Below are positions 41,601 to 48,790 of a stretch of DNA of 58,190 nucleotides, in pieces (positions within the stretch are counted from its first letter, which is position 1; every line of letters begins with the position of its first letter). This DNA comes from a virus (Duplodnaviria > Caudoviricetes): positions 1-58,190 of the IMG/VR virus record IMGVR_UViG_3300027861_000036. The stretch is one strand, 5' to 3'. A program made the position numbers and the translations under genes. The notes below the pieces were generated by a model. The model had not been told where the DNA came from. It did no database searches and saw only the letters and a list, made by a program, of their open reading frames with translations.

Positions 41601-43444
41601 AAAAAGTAAAAGGTGAGAATACTAAATCACAAGCAGATCTTATAATTGATTATCAAAGTAAAAATAGTAAAGGGACTTATGCAATAGTAGATAAAACTAA
41701 AGGGTTATTGCATATTTATAAACCTGGAAATAAAACGCCTTATACAGCAGCTATTGATTTAGGTGAAAATAAAGGGGATGCGCAAACAGTGACTAAACCT
41801 AAAGATTTAAATAATGATGGTACAATTACTGATGCAGATAAACGTAATAATAAATTTATACCTAATTGGAGTGCTGGTAATTTAACTACAGGAGCTGGAA
41901 AATATTATATATCTAATATTTTACCTAATGGGGTAGATGGGTTGCCATTATTTAATATGATGAATGAAAGGCAGTATGAAAATTATAAAAAAACAGGAGA
42001 TGTTCAAAATGTTTCTACAAGCTTTCATACAGGGTATATAAAAGATAATCCCACAAGAGTATCACATGGATGTATAAGATGTAATAAAGCTAGTTTAGAT
42101 CAATTAATGAAAAGTATGCCTGTTTTATCTGAAGTATTTATATTACCTGAAGATAAAGATAATAAGTTTATGATTCAAGATGGTAAGTTAATATTTAAGG
42201 CCGGTAATAAATCAAAGTTTTATGAACATGGTAATATTATGTATAAAAAAGAAAAAGATAAAAAAGGAAATGAGCATTGGTATGCAAGTGATAAAAATTG
42301 GAAAACTAAGGGAAATCTAACAAAACAAAAAGTTGAAAATAAATTTAATATTGATGAAACTGGTAGTTTATCAGGTGGATTACCTGAAATATCTGTAACT
42401 CCTGGTCAAAAATATCTTGATAAAGGTATTGGGGGAAAGTTTAAAAAAATTAAAAATGTAGGTGGAATCTATGATGAATTAAATAAAAATGCTATTAATT
42501 TAGGATATAATATTTATGAAGATGAAAAAGGTATTATACGAAAAGGACAAGGTGTTAATAGGTCTGTTAATACATTGAATTATAAACCTATAGATATTAA
42601 TTTAGATAAAGCAAGATTTAATGAAAATATATATGATCCAGATCCAACAGGATATTCTGTAGTAACATTAAGAAATAAAACTCAACAAAAAGTAGTAAAT
42701 AGTTTTGTAGAATCTCTTAAAGATAATAAGAGAAAAGTAATGAAAGAAATGCAAATAAGTGGGGATGTATATAATGATCTAGTACCTATAGCTTTTGGTA
42801 TATTTGGTAATGAAACTACTTTTGGTCAAGAAAATACTGCTGGTGGAAATATGGCAAGAGCTTTAAATAAAGGTGGTAGAAAAGCAATAAATTGGCTGTT
42901 TGATGCAGATTTAAATCCTTCAAGTAAACCTGATTATAAATCAGCATATGAAACATATGGATTAACGGATGATGAAAATAGTGTTGGATTAACACAATTA
43001 AGATGGTCAGAAGTAAAAGGAGAACCTGCTCTTCTTAAGAAATTAAATAAGTTAGGAATTAAAAGTAATAAAGATTTAATGGATCCTGAAAAAGCAGCGT
43101 TAGCAACTATAGCAAGATTAGCTTTTTTAATAAATAATAGAGTGGGTGTAGATAAAAATGATTTGATGAACACATTACCTGGTCATTGGGGTGGTAGTTC
43201 AAAAGATGGTAAACAAACATATATAAATAACGTTAAGAAAAATAGCAGATATATAAGTGTGTTACAAAAACAGAAGGGTGGAGAGATAACAGCCTTATAT
43301 AAAGAATATGCGGATGGTAAAAATATTTCTTCTTCTGCAAGGAAAGCATATGATAAACTAAATAGAATGTATTATACAGAAGCTAAACAGCAAGACATGT
43401 CTCCTACTAATTATATAATGACTCATGTTATAGGAAGTAAATAA
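35678..43444 (+). CDS. Giant modular (polyvalent) cargo protein: zincin metallopeptidase, GNAT-like, L,D-transpeptidase and lytic transglycosylase-like domains
   Basis: HELSH...E (38792/38981); EGTGLG (40649); FH...SHGCIR (42023/42062); GNETTFG...SVGLTQL (42806/42980); 15 Q-x-G(G) linkers. Confidence 0.75.
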   Translation: MMKRTNRKKESRGLPGGPHEQFTYVTGVFSQDMYHVPKAQSGIEQPILYVDSEDDERYKSYIDSLIPFNAMVKQYNIEGNARGKSDWEKKTELYSSIKNLDDWMNAAFGGNLMARDYDMGADDPTGYIEDEYKKLKRKYPNEPLRYDSEIERWTTKDLNYNKNYDEVGENITPESEFYNVPLNLKDAIKKGEVDKGDIELLKYYESLGIPNERIGYYNSPDVYSDKVKAIGNWMGKAWNPVYPEPKVQVNVKGKQPLEKLKFKEIPQPDYRIHDYMKMEGMDPSPENRDMWAKMLGIKDYIRTAEQNEELIKRLKEYKKNPIRAQYGGNISTEGYKRNSKDVNNPFNVIMGDPSGTPITMGGVDFAVKGVDNLGNEKIMYPGAEYHFPGSMVYETPFRRAQEGNGEKEVQQIYDFNGSKWKIKDGVYEQVSDDAPVTNAHTIDRSSAYAKNKSERLFRNITPQGYGDLKTNLERYKRYKGDLGRDKEDVLWQSAKDSPTGKPIYYNLPKRDDMFRLYLGLNQEHNSFTPQLDYKPSKAKNPDALYWKPNYWDDEMKQYLLDYSLNPIGLRDNKLVYDNKIFNERSDVFLPKLESLEAEGMDWSDPQTAEWVADNPLGDFTVTKGEDDHGKYISIYDKIDFNPFQTGDGSSTNAAGKALQLYMKSQGYDVDENTEAASLLGAGKPYEIYDRIYYDDKTGKIIKSPLINKQKGGSNIQTPLRGAQQGIEVPTKNQIANDPELMNWDNYNTPLTKKEQKEFKKWMKEANIHPWDRGAYDIQGYWKEQVKGKGFDSVDDDGHRPDTYKKPNHPTFSMQSKYADHPGVEAGFWDGPDYYAPSTHRNLYGLDYYDWMNSREPDRPEKLAGYMEKPIIVTPKQQGGSNIQTPLRRAQLGIEGASTYNIGYRPKYPLNASESTRVEPIAIPTTANLNSYADFMSSKRFHKDWMSSPMHMQMLKKSAPDNYLDILKTRLQNINNATIRDRFIEGDQYIPGSLFSGSPAGGYAQGLNYVNQSPLYKSIERRNMPHMRQYNEFFLDLPTHELSHIQDYKNSYLGKFKTLFGGDQYDYQFTNLPKSDVSFIRNLKIKDNKLTKESEEYYSDPTEVRARLNEIRHSAIRNKQWDPFNEKMTLKKLKWLNLDIMKPGGLDDLQQIYSDEQIIDLLNTVSQTDDDQIYNNENRTSYAQSGGEFQKLVNKYTTQGWSSLNPQEQQFYRETYQRGGSIPQYQRGVETEDERITREGNADWMRGWMEAQPIERRDSAWAQEGWREWESHMNLREIEEREAEIEREKNNSWGSKYPYNKIKEGYDWLKDKFPMPFQEGGDLPSYQIQGETDVERADRINLLQYNFDEREFDYIRNELESGRWNELSPKEQEFYRKNQPVMRPVQNKFGMEGMKIVQGSGDDLEWIPNIYKGVIPTINVTASRPDDVNPVINAMRTGRDNLQNEIGKAVEEGTPWGAMKRMYKHGPKHYYDATNVALRDAVTLNKVPHFGEWAKLLDVAEVAPVGGLVTQGLKAPIKSGTKAIAKQVKQIPSTIKGLPKELKNLDTKAGDYYFGKYARMRDIETNANKYLKEGLGIKKGSIKDNDLAIKYNHKNRDFQITVKGVGTEKDRITGYIKLGDKEWKKPPSFFGSIFGKKPTFSSQISKELDFPYSKASELEGTGLGAEVVAAMNKAIKDKAGTLYSSKSHFDDGITRYLQEYLKERVLPGENFTKSTQFFLDDLKKAVGNDYSKNAIRKFQELPENQWIIKSYIDKLRWQYKMAGGELGIETLTSDKEQEYQSGGSTSSLWETKTGLPWSEAKARGLSDGTYSSNVALRKKLLNDEINFPSTPVVNDIQPIITPQATPQVTPEVQEDVNFDHLTFDEAFGKAREMYGPNKIFKYKGHLKNTNRSGEPFEPSEEELTKWGMGTKKTKEKIKKVNEDIVSPYTVDDRLEIEDVFEPSREWEKEAMKRLQKEVESGEPGMHEKKTWEYQKKKVKGENTKSQADLIIDYQSKNSKGTYAIVDKTKGLLHIYKPGNKTPYTAAIDLGENKGDAQTVTKPKDLNNDGTITDADKRNNKFIPNWSAGNLTTGAGKYYISNILPNGVDGLPLFNMMNERQYENYKKTGDVQNVSTSFHTGYIKDNPTRVSHGCIRCNKASLDQLMKSMPVLSEVFILPEDKDNKFMIQDGKLIFKAGNKSKFYEHGNIMYKKEKDKKGNEHWYASDKNWKTKGNLTKQKVENKFNIDETGSLSGGLPEISVTPGQKYLDKGIGGKFKKIKNVGGIYDELNKNAINLGYNIYEDEKGIIRKGQGVNRSVNTLNYKPIDINLDKARFNENIYDPDPTGYSVVTLRNKTQQKVVNSFVESLKDNKRKVMKEMQISGDVYNDLVPIAFGIFGNETTFGQENTAGGNMARALNKGGRKAINWLFDADLNPSSKPDYKSAYETYGLTDDENSVGLTQLRWSEVKGEPALLKKLNKLGIKSNKDLMDPEKAALATIARLAFLINNRVGVDKNDLMNTLPGHWGGSSKDGKQTYINNVKKNSRYISVLQKQKGGEITALYKEYADGKNISSSARKAYDKLNRMYYTEAKQQDMSPTNYIMTHVIGSK
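37799..38360 (+). repeat. In-frame 61-bp direct repeat (37799-37859 and 38300-38360)
   Basis: KQKGGSNIQTPLRGAQQGIE versus KQQGGSNIQTPLRRAQLGIE; 7 mismatches in 61 nt; 501-nt period. Confidence 0.9.
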
Positions 43445-43463
43445 AAATTATTACTTTCCCTTT

Positions 43464-43478
43464 TAATTTTGTATATTA
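43464..43478 (+). promoter_or_regulatory. Putative promoter
   Basis: TAATTTTG (TAnnTTTG) then TATATTA in the 58-nt gap before 43503. Confidence 0.4.
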
Positions 43479-43502
43479 AGTATATAACCATACATAAAAA
43501 AT

Positions 43503-46500
43503 ATGAAAAAGATAAATAAAAAAAGTTTAAAGCAACAAGGTGGGCAGTCTGTTAATCCTCAACAACAACAGATGATGCAACAACAGCAACAGCAACAGCA
43601 ACAGCAGGGGCAACAACAGCAACAAGATCCTACAGCAGAACTTGCTGCATCTTTTTCTGAGATGGTTGATAGTGGATATGAACCAAAACAGGTGATAATG
43701 CAATTCATTGAATATGAGGTGCCTGAAGAACTTATTTATCAAACTCTTTTAAGAGTTGGATATTCTGAAGATGATGTACAAGCATTATTTACGCAGGTTA
43801 GTGAGGAAGTACAACAAACATCTAATGAACAGAGGTCAATGATGCAACCTCAACAGCAGATGTCACAAGCACAAAGAGGGGTGGAAAGTGAACCACATCC
43901 TTTAGATGATAGAGGGCAAAGTTATGATCAGGGAAATAATGAAGGTTATTGGCCTACACCTAAAAAAGAACCTCGCTGGTCTATTCCAATTAACAAAGCA
44001 CCCTTTAATAGTGATAAAGATAGAAAAACTTGGATACAGGCACAAAAGAACTTGCGAAGGATGGAAGCCATAGAAAAAGAAATATTGGCAGAGGAAAACA
44101 TACGCAGAGCACAATATGGTAAAGAACATCAATATAATATAAAACAAGATGAAGGTATTGTTAATAACTATGGAGCAAGAGTTAGGAATTGGATGAGTCA
44201 AATTGACCCTAGTGCTGGTTATAATAGAGGTGATACATTAAGTAAAGGGTTAAAACTTGCTCAAACATTAGGGGATACATTCAAACCTAAGTATAGCTTT
44301 AGCCGGGGTATGAACCCTTTTAGTAAGAAGGATAAAGATGGCGATGGCTTTGCAGATGGCTGGTTTATGGATTCAAAGAAAAAGAACTTATTAAAAAAGA
44401 ATTTAAGACAAAGAGATAAAAAAATAAGAAAGTTACAAGGTAGAAGCATAAAGATCCATGAAAATGATCCTAATAAATATAGGTTTAATAGCATGGGGGA
44501 TTTTATTACAACACAACAATATGATGATGATGTAAAGAAATATAGTACAGCACAGTTTGTATCACCAACAAATAGTTATAAAGGTTATGCTTATGATTCA
44601 GACCCAACACCTTATATGACACCACAACAAAAAAAGGATTATTGGCAACATAAACAAGAGTTTGGTACAGTGGGTGATTTCTGGAAAGATCCTGTTACAG
44701 GTAAAAGTAAAAAACCAAAAAAACAAAAAAAGTCTAAATGGCATTATATGGACTTTATGAAAGGTTATAAATATGGTGGTGATTTAGACAGGTATCAAGT
44801 TCTAGGTGAAACACCATTACCACTTGACTTAAAAAATGATTTAGCAGGAACTTTTTTGCCACCACTTGATGATAATTTTGAAGCATGGAATTTGGATGAG
44901 TGGCAAAAAAGAAAAAATTCTTATAAGAATAAAGCCTTATCTATTGCTTTACCCATAAAACCTGAAGCAGGAATGAGAGGGTTTTTTGAAGGATTTGATA
45001 TTAAAGGTTCAGGTAATATTGGAGATAGATTAAACTTAAGAGGGGGATTTGGAAGTAATTTTAATGCACAAGATCCAAAAATTAAATATAATGCAGGAAT
45101 TACATATCAAGCTAATCCCAGCATATCTTTAAGTGCAGATATGGGGGGTAATCAAAAAGGTATTTCTAATTATAAGTTTGGTCTTAAATGGAAACATCCA
45201 AAAAAATCAACAAAAAACCATGTTTACAAATATCAAGCTGGAACTGAAACACCCCTATCTCCTTTAGAACCTATTACATTTAAAGATTGGTACCGAAAAA
45301 ATTTATATAGAAATTCAGGTATACCACCATCTGAGCTAAATGCATTGTATGAAAAAGAAACAGGATATGATGCTAATTCTCCAGCTGTAGATGTAGATGG
45401 TACAAAACCTTGGACATCACCTGAGTTTATGCCACCAAAAATTACAGATCCTAATAAGTCTAAAAGAACATGGAATCAAATAGGAAATGTAGTGGGTAAA
45501 GTAGGGGAGATAGGTTATCAAGCTGCTGATTTTGTAAATGAAGCAGCTAAAGCATGGCAAGATTTAGCAAAGCCAGTTCACACTGCAGATGATCTTTATG
45601 ATATTACACAAAATCCTGCAGGTGGACAAGGATATTGGGATGTAAACTCAGGATATTTACAGCAGCCTGAAAAAACACTTGAAGGTTATGGATGGGCACA
45701 AAGAGGTGGTAGTTTACCAAGATTTCAAGCTCTAGGTAGTGTTAATCAAAATACACTTAACCCTGATATATACGGTCAAAGAATTCTTGGTAATACACCA
45801 ATTGATTATAGAGATCCTAAATTAGCAGCAATGTTAAGTGCTATGCAAGCACAAAAGAAAGGTGTTAGTAGAGGTGTAACAGGTATATCAAATACACCTA
45901 AGAAATTACCAAGGTCTTTTGTTCCTGCTTCTGAGTCTACAAGTACTCAAGGGCCTATAATACTTACAGACCAAGAATTAAAAAATAAAAATTGGAGAGA
46001 AAATGTTTTACCAACTTTAAGTGCTGAAAGACAACAGCAATTTAATGATTATGAAGCTCAAAAAAAGAAAGATAATTCTACTTTTGCAAGTAGATTAATG
46101 GAAGCACCTGGAGTATTTCTTGATAATACTTTTGGCACATCCGCTGATCCAAATGTAGTAGCACCAACTGTTTTACCAACAGATCCAAGATTCTATGACC
46201 AGGTATTTCAAGGCATGAATATGGCCACTACAATTCCGGCTTATATAAATTCATATGCTGATTATATAAGTGGGAAAAGAGAAGACCCGCAGGATTGGAG
46301 AGGGATATTTCCAAGTGGCATACAAGAAAAGCTTGGTAAAAAAGATGGTGAACAGAACAACATTATAAACTCTTTACGTAATGACCCAGATTTTTGTAAA
46401 AAATATCCTTTAAGATGCGCTGCTGAAGAAATGGGACTTGGATTTTGGGGGCTTCCTGGTAGGCTTGGTAAAAAAGTTACTGGAAAACTTGCTAAGGGTT

Positions 46501-48788
46501 CTAAGGGTGCTGCTAAAGATATCAGTAAGGAATTTACTGAAGAATTTGTAAATGCTGATGAAATAGCAGAGATGAAAGCAATGCTTAAAAGTATGAACGA
46601 TGATCCAGCTTTTAAAGAATTGTCTGAAGCAACTGATCTGGAAGGCATGTCAAAAGCGGTTAAAAATATGAGCCAAAGAGATGTTGATGCCCTTGAAAAA
46701 TCAATGGATGATTGGGTAAAAAAAACAGATGCTGATGAAATAATACCTCAAGAACTGGAGAACCAACAATATTGGATAGAAAAAGCAGGGAAATCCTTCC
46801 CAAATGCAAGGAGAAGTGAAGATTATGAAAATTTGGGTATGTTTGACCATTTTGAAGATTGGCTAAGAAAAAAAGGACAGGTTCATCAAGCAAAAAAATC
46901 AGGTAAAAAAAGAATAAAACAAGAAAGGAAACTTTTAGAAGATGAGGGTTATCCTAAAGGAATGACAGATGATCAAGTATGGCATGCAATAGAGAGAAAA
47001 AGGCTGGATTATTTGCAATTGGGTAGGATAAGAGATGATGTTCGTGGAAACATAGGAAAAGGGGGGAGACAGAAATGGGAAATAGATCCAGATCACAAAC
47101 AATGGTGGGAGAAAAGTGTAGTAGAACAAGAACAAGATGTTTGGGATGAAGCACACAAGAGATGGCGGTCACCCTATGATCCTCAAACGGGAAAAATGAA
47201 AGTTGATTGGCAGGTTAATAGTTTAGATAGAGATTTGTTGAAGGGTTCTACTGAAGATTTTGAGGAATTAATGGATTATATGAAAAACTTTAAAAAAACC
47301 GGTGGTATGATACGTAAAACACAAAATAGAAATTTAGATAAATATCAAGGTATTACAAGAAGTGAAGTGGGTAAAAAAAAGAAAGATCCACGTTTGTATA
47401 ACTGGTCAAATCTGGAAGATAAACAAGCACATTACGAACATTGGCCAAATGTATTTGCACAGGAAGAGGAGAGAAGGCAAAGCAGATTATTAAATGATCC
47501 AGAGTTTAGATTTACTGAAGGTCAGGATTTAGGTATAGACTATAGACTTGATAACCCTAATGAAAGATATGGTGATAGAGCAAATGCAAATTTTATGGCA
47601 TTCTATAACCAACAAGGTAACCGTATGTTTAGAGAAAAAGCTATACCTAATGCAGAGATGTTAAGGGAGTTTGTGCAAAAAGCTGGCAGTGATGCTGGTA
47701 CACCTGAAAGTATGGCAAGACAACGTGCATGGTTAAATCAAAATTATCCAAATTTAGATGCTAGAAATACTAGATTCTTAAGACAACAAAGGGGTGGTGG
47801 TCTACCAAGTTATCAGATAGAAGGAGAAATACCAAATCAAAAAACTATGGATTATCTAGCTGGTAAATATAATCAAACTGCTACAGATGGTATATATAGA
47901 GATTTTGATAAAATTGAGAAACCTAATATAAAGGAGTTATTTCGCAGGTATAATGAAATGTATGTAGAAAAAGAAGGAATGCCATTTACTACTATAGGAA
48001 CGGCACCGATTACAGCTAAAGATGCTGCATTGACGGGTAACTATGCACAGTATATGAGAGAAAATCCAAACATACCTGTTCAAACAATACATACTCAAAA
48101 TAGTACTATACCGCCAGCTTTGCAAAGACAAAGGGGTGGTGGTGATAAATATAGAACAAGAAATATACCACCTATATCTCTTATATATGAGCATATGTAT
48201 AAAAATGATCCTAAACCTAGCAGTAATTGGCTACAACATATAAAAGATAGTTACCCTAAAGGAGGGTATAGAGGTTCGCAAGATTTCCCACCTTATCTTA
48301 CAGAATTTTATGCAGATGCGGAAGCCTTTAAACCAAAAAGAGGAGGTTTTGTAGATGAGTGGGGAGAACCTTTACCAGATAATTGGGAAAGAAGATGGCC
48401 GGGTAGAAGGCGTGAAGATGCATTTTGGAATGTTCATTCTAAAAATGATTCTATGGGTGATGCTCCTTTTGACCCTTTAAAACCAAGGAAAGGACAAGAA
48501 GATAAATGGGAACAACTTAAAGAAAAAGTAAGATTTAATCATAGAAATGATGAGACATGGATGGACTATAGTGATCCAAGTATTACTCGTCCAAAAGGTT
48601 ACAAAAAAGGTGGTAACATAGATTATGGAAACTACATGCCTGTAGATATGTATGGTCATCAAAATGCTTTTAGTACATTTAGAAGACCTGTATATCAATA
48701 TGGTGGACAACCAACAAACATAGTAGAAGTTGATGATAGAATGATTCAAAAATTAATTGCAGCTGGTGCTGACATAGAATACTTATAA
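43503..48788 (+). CDS. Giant modular cargo protein with a poly-Gln N-terminus and Q-x-GG linkers
   Basis: 1761 aa; about 14 linker motifs; beta-barrel-like segment at 44991-45197. Confidence 0.7.
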   Translation: MKKINKKSLKQQGGQSVNPQQQQMMQQQQQQQQQQGQQQQQDPTAELAASFSEMVDSGYEPKQVIMQFIEYEVPEELIYQTLLRVGYSEDDVQALFTQVSEEVQQTSNEQRSMMQPQQQMSQAQRGVESEPHPLDDRGQSYDQGNNEGYWPTPKKEPRWSIPINKAPFNSDKDRKTWIQAQKNLRRMEAIEKEILAEENIRRAQYGKEHQYNIKQDEGIVNNYGARVRNWMSQIDPSAGYNRGDTLSKGLKLAQTLGDTFKPKYSFSRGMNPFSKKDKDGDGFADGWFMDSKKKNLLKKNLRQRDKKIRKLQGRSIKIHENDPNKYRFNSMGDFITTQQYDDDVKKYSTAQFVSPTNSYKGYAYDSDPTPYMTPQQKKDYWQHKQEFGTVGDFWKDPVTGKSKKPKKQKKSKWHYMDFMKGYKYGGDLDRYQVLGETPLPLDLKNDLAGTFLPPLDDNFEAWNLDEWQKRKNSYKNKALSIALPIKPEAGMRGFFEGFDIKGSGNIGDRLNLRGGFGSNFNAQDPKIKYNAGITYQANPSISLSADMGGNQKGISNYKFGLKWKHPKKSTKNHVYKYQAGTETPLSPLEPITFKDWYRKNLYRNSGIPPSELNALYEKETGYDANSPAVDVDGTKPWTSPEFMPPKITDPNKSKRTWNQIGNVVGKVGEIGYQAADFVNEAAKAWQDLAKPVHTADDLYDITQNPAGGQGYWDVNSGYLQQPEKTLEGYGWAQRGGSLPRFQALGSVNQNTLNPDIYGQRILGNTPIDYRDPKLAAMLSAMQAQKKGVSRGVTGISNTPKKLPRSFVPASESTSTQGPIILTDQELKNKNWRENVLPTLSAERQQQFNDYEAQKKKDNSTFASRLMEAPGVFLDNTFGTSADPNVVAPTVLPTDPRFYDQVFQGMNMATTIPAYINSYADYISGKREDPQDWRGIFPSGIQEKLGKKDGEQNNIINSLRNDPDFCKKYPLRCAAEEMGLGFWGLPGRLGKKVTGKLAKGSKGAAKDISKEFTEEFVNADEIAEMKAMLKSMNDDPAFKELSEATDLEGMSKAVKNMSQRDVDALEKSMDDWVKKTDADEIIPQELENQQYWIEKAGKSFPNARRSEDYENLGMFDHFEDWLRKKGQVHQAKKSGKKRIKQERKLLEDEGYPKGMTDDQVWHAIERKRLDYLQLGRIRDDVRGNIGKGGRQKWEIDPDHKQWWEKSVVEQEQDVWDEAHKRWRSPYDPQTGKMKVDWQVNSLDRDLLKGSTEDFEELMDYMKNFKKTGGMIRKTQNRNLDKYQGITRSEVGKKKKDPRLYNWSNLEDKQAHYEHWPNVFAQEEERRQSRLLNDPEFRFTEGQDLGIDYRLDNPNERYGDRANANFMAFYNQQGNRMFREKAIPNAEMLREFVQKAGSDAGTPESMARQRAWLNQNYPNLDARNTRFLRQQRGGGLPSYQIEGEIPNQKTMDYLAGKYNQTATDGIYRDFDKIEKPNIKELFRRYNEMYVEKEGMPFTTIGTAPITAKDAALTGNYAQYMRENPNIPVQTIHTQNSTIPPALQRQRGGGDKYRTRNIPPISLIYEHMYKNDPKPSSNWLQHIKDSYPKGGYRGSQDFPPYLTEFYADAEAFKPKRGGFVDEWGEPLPDNWERRWPGRRREDAFWNVHSKNDSMGDAPFDPLKPRKGQEDKWEQLKEKVRFNHRNDETWMDYSDPSITRPKGYKKGGNIDYGNYMPVDMYGHQNAFSTFRRPVYQYGGQPTNIVEVDDRMIQKLIAAGADIEYL

Positions 48789-48790
48789 TT

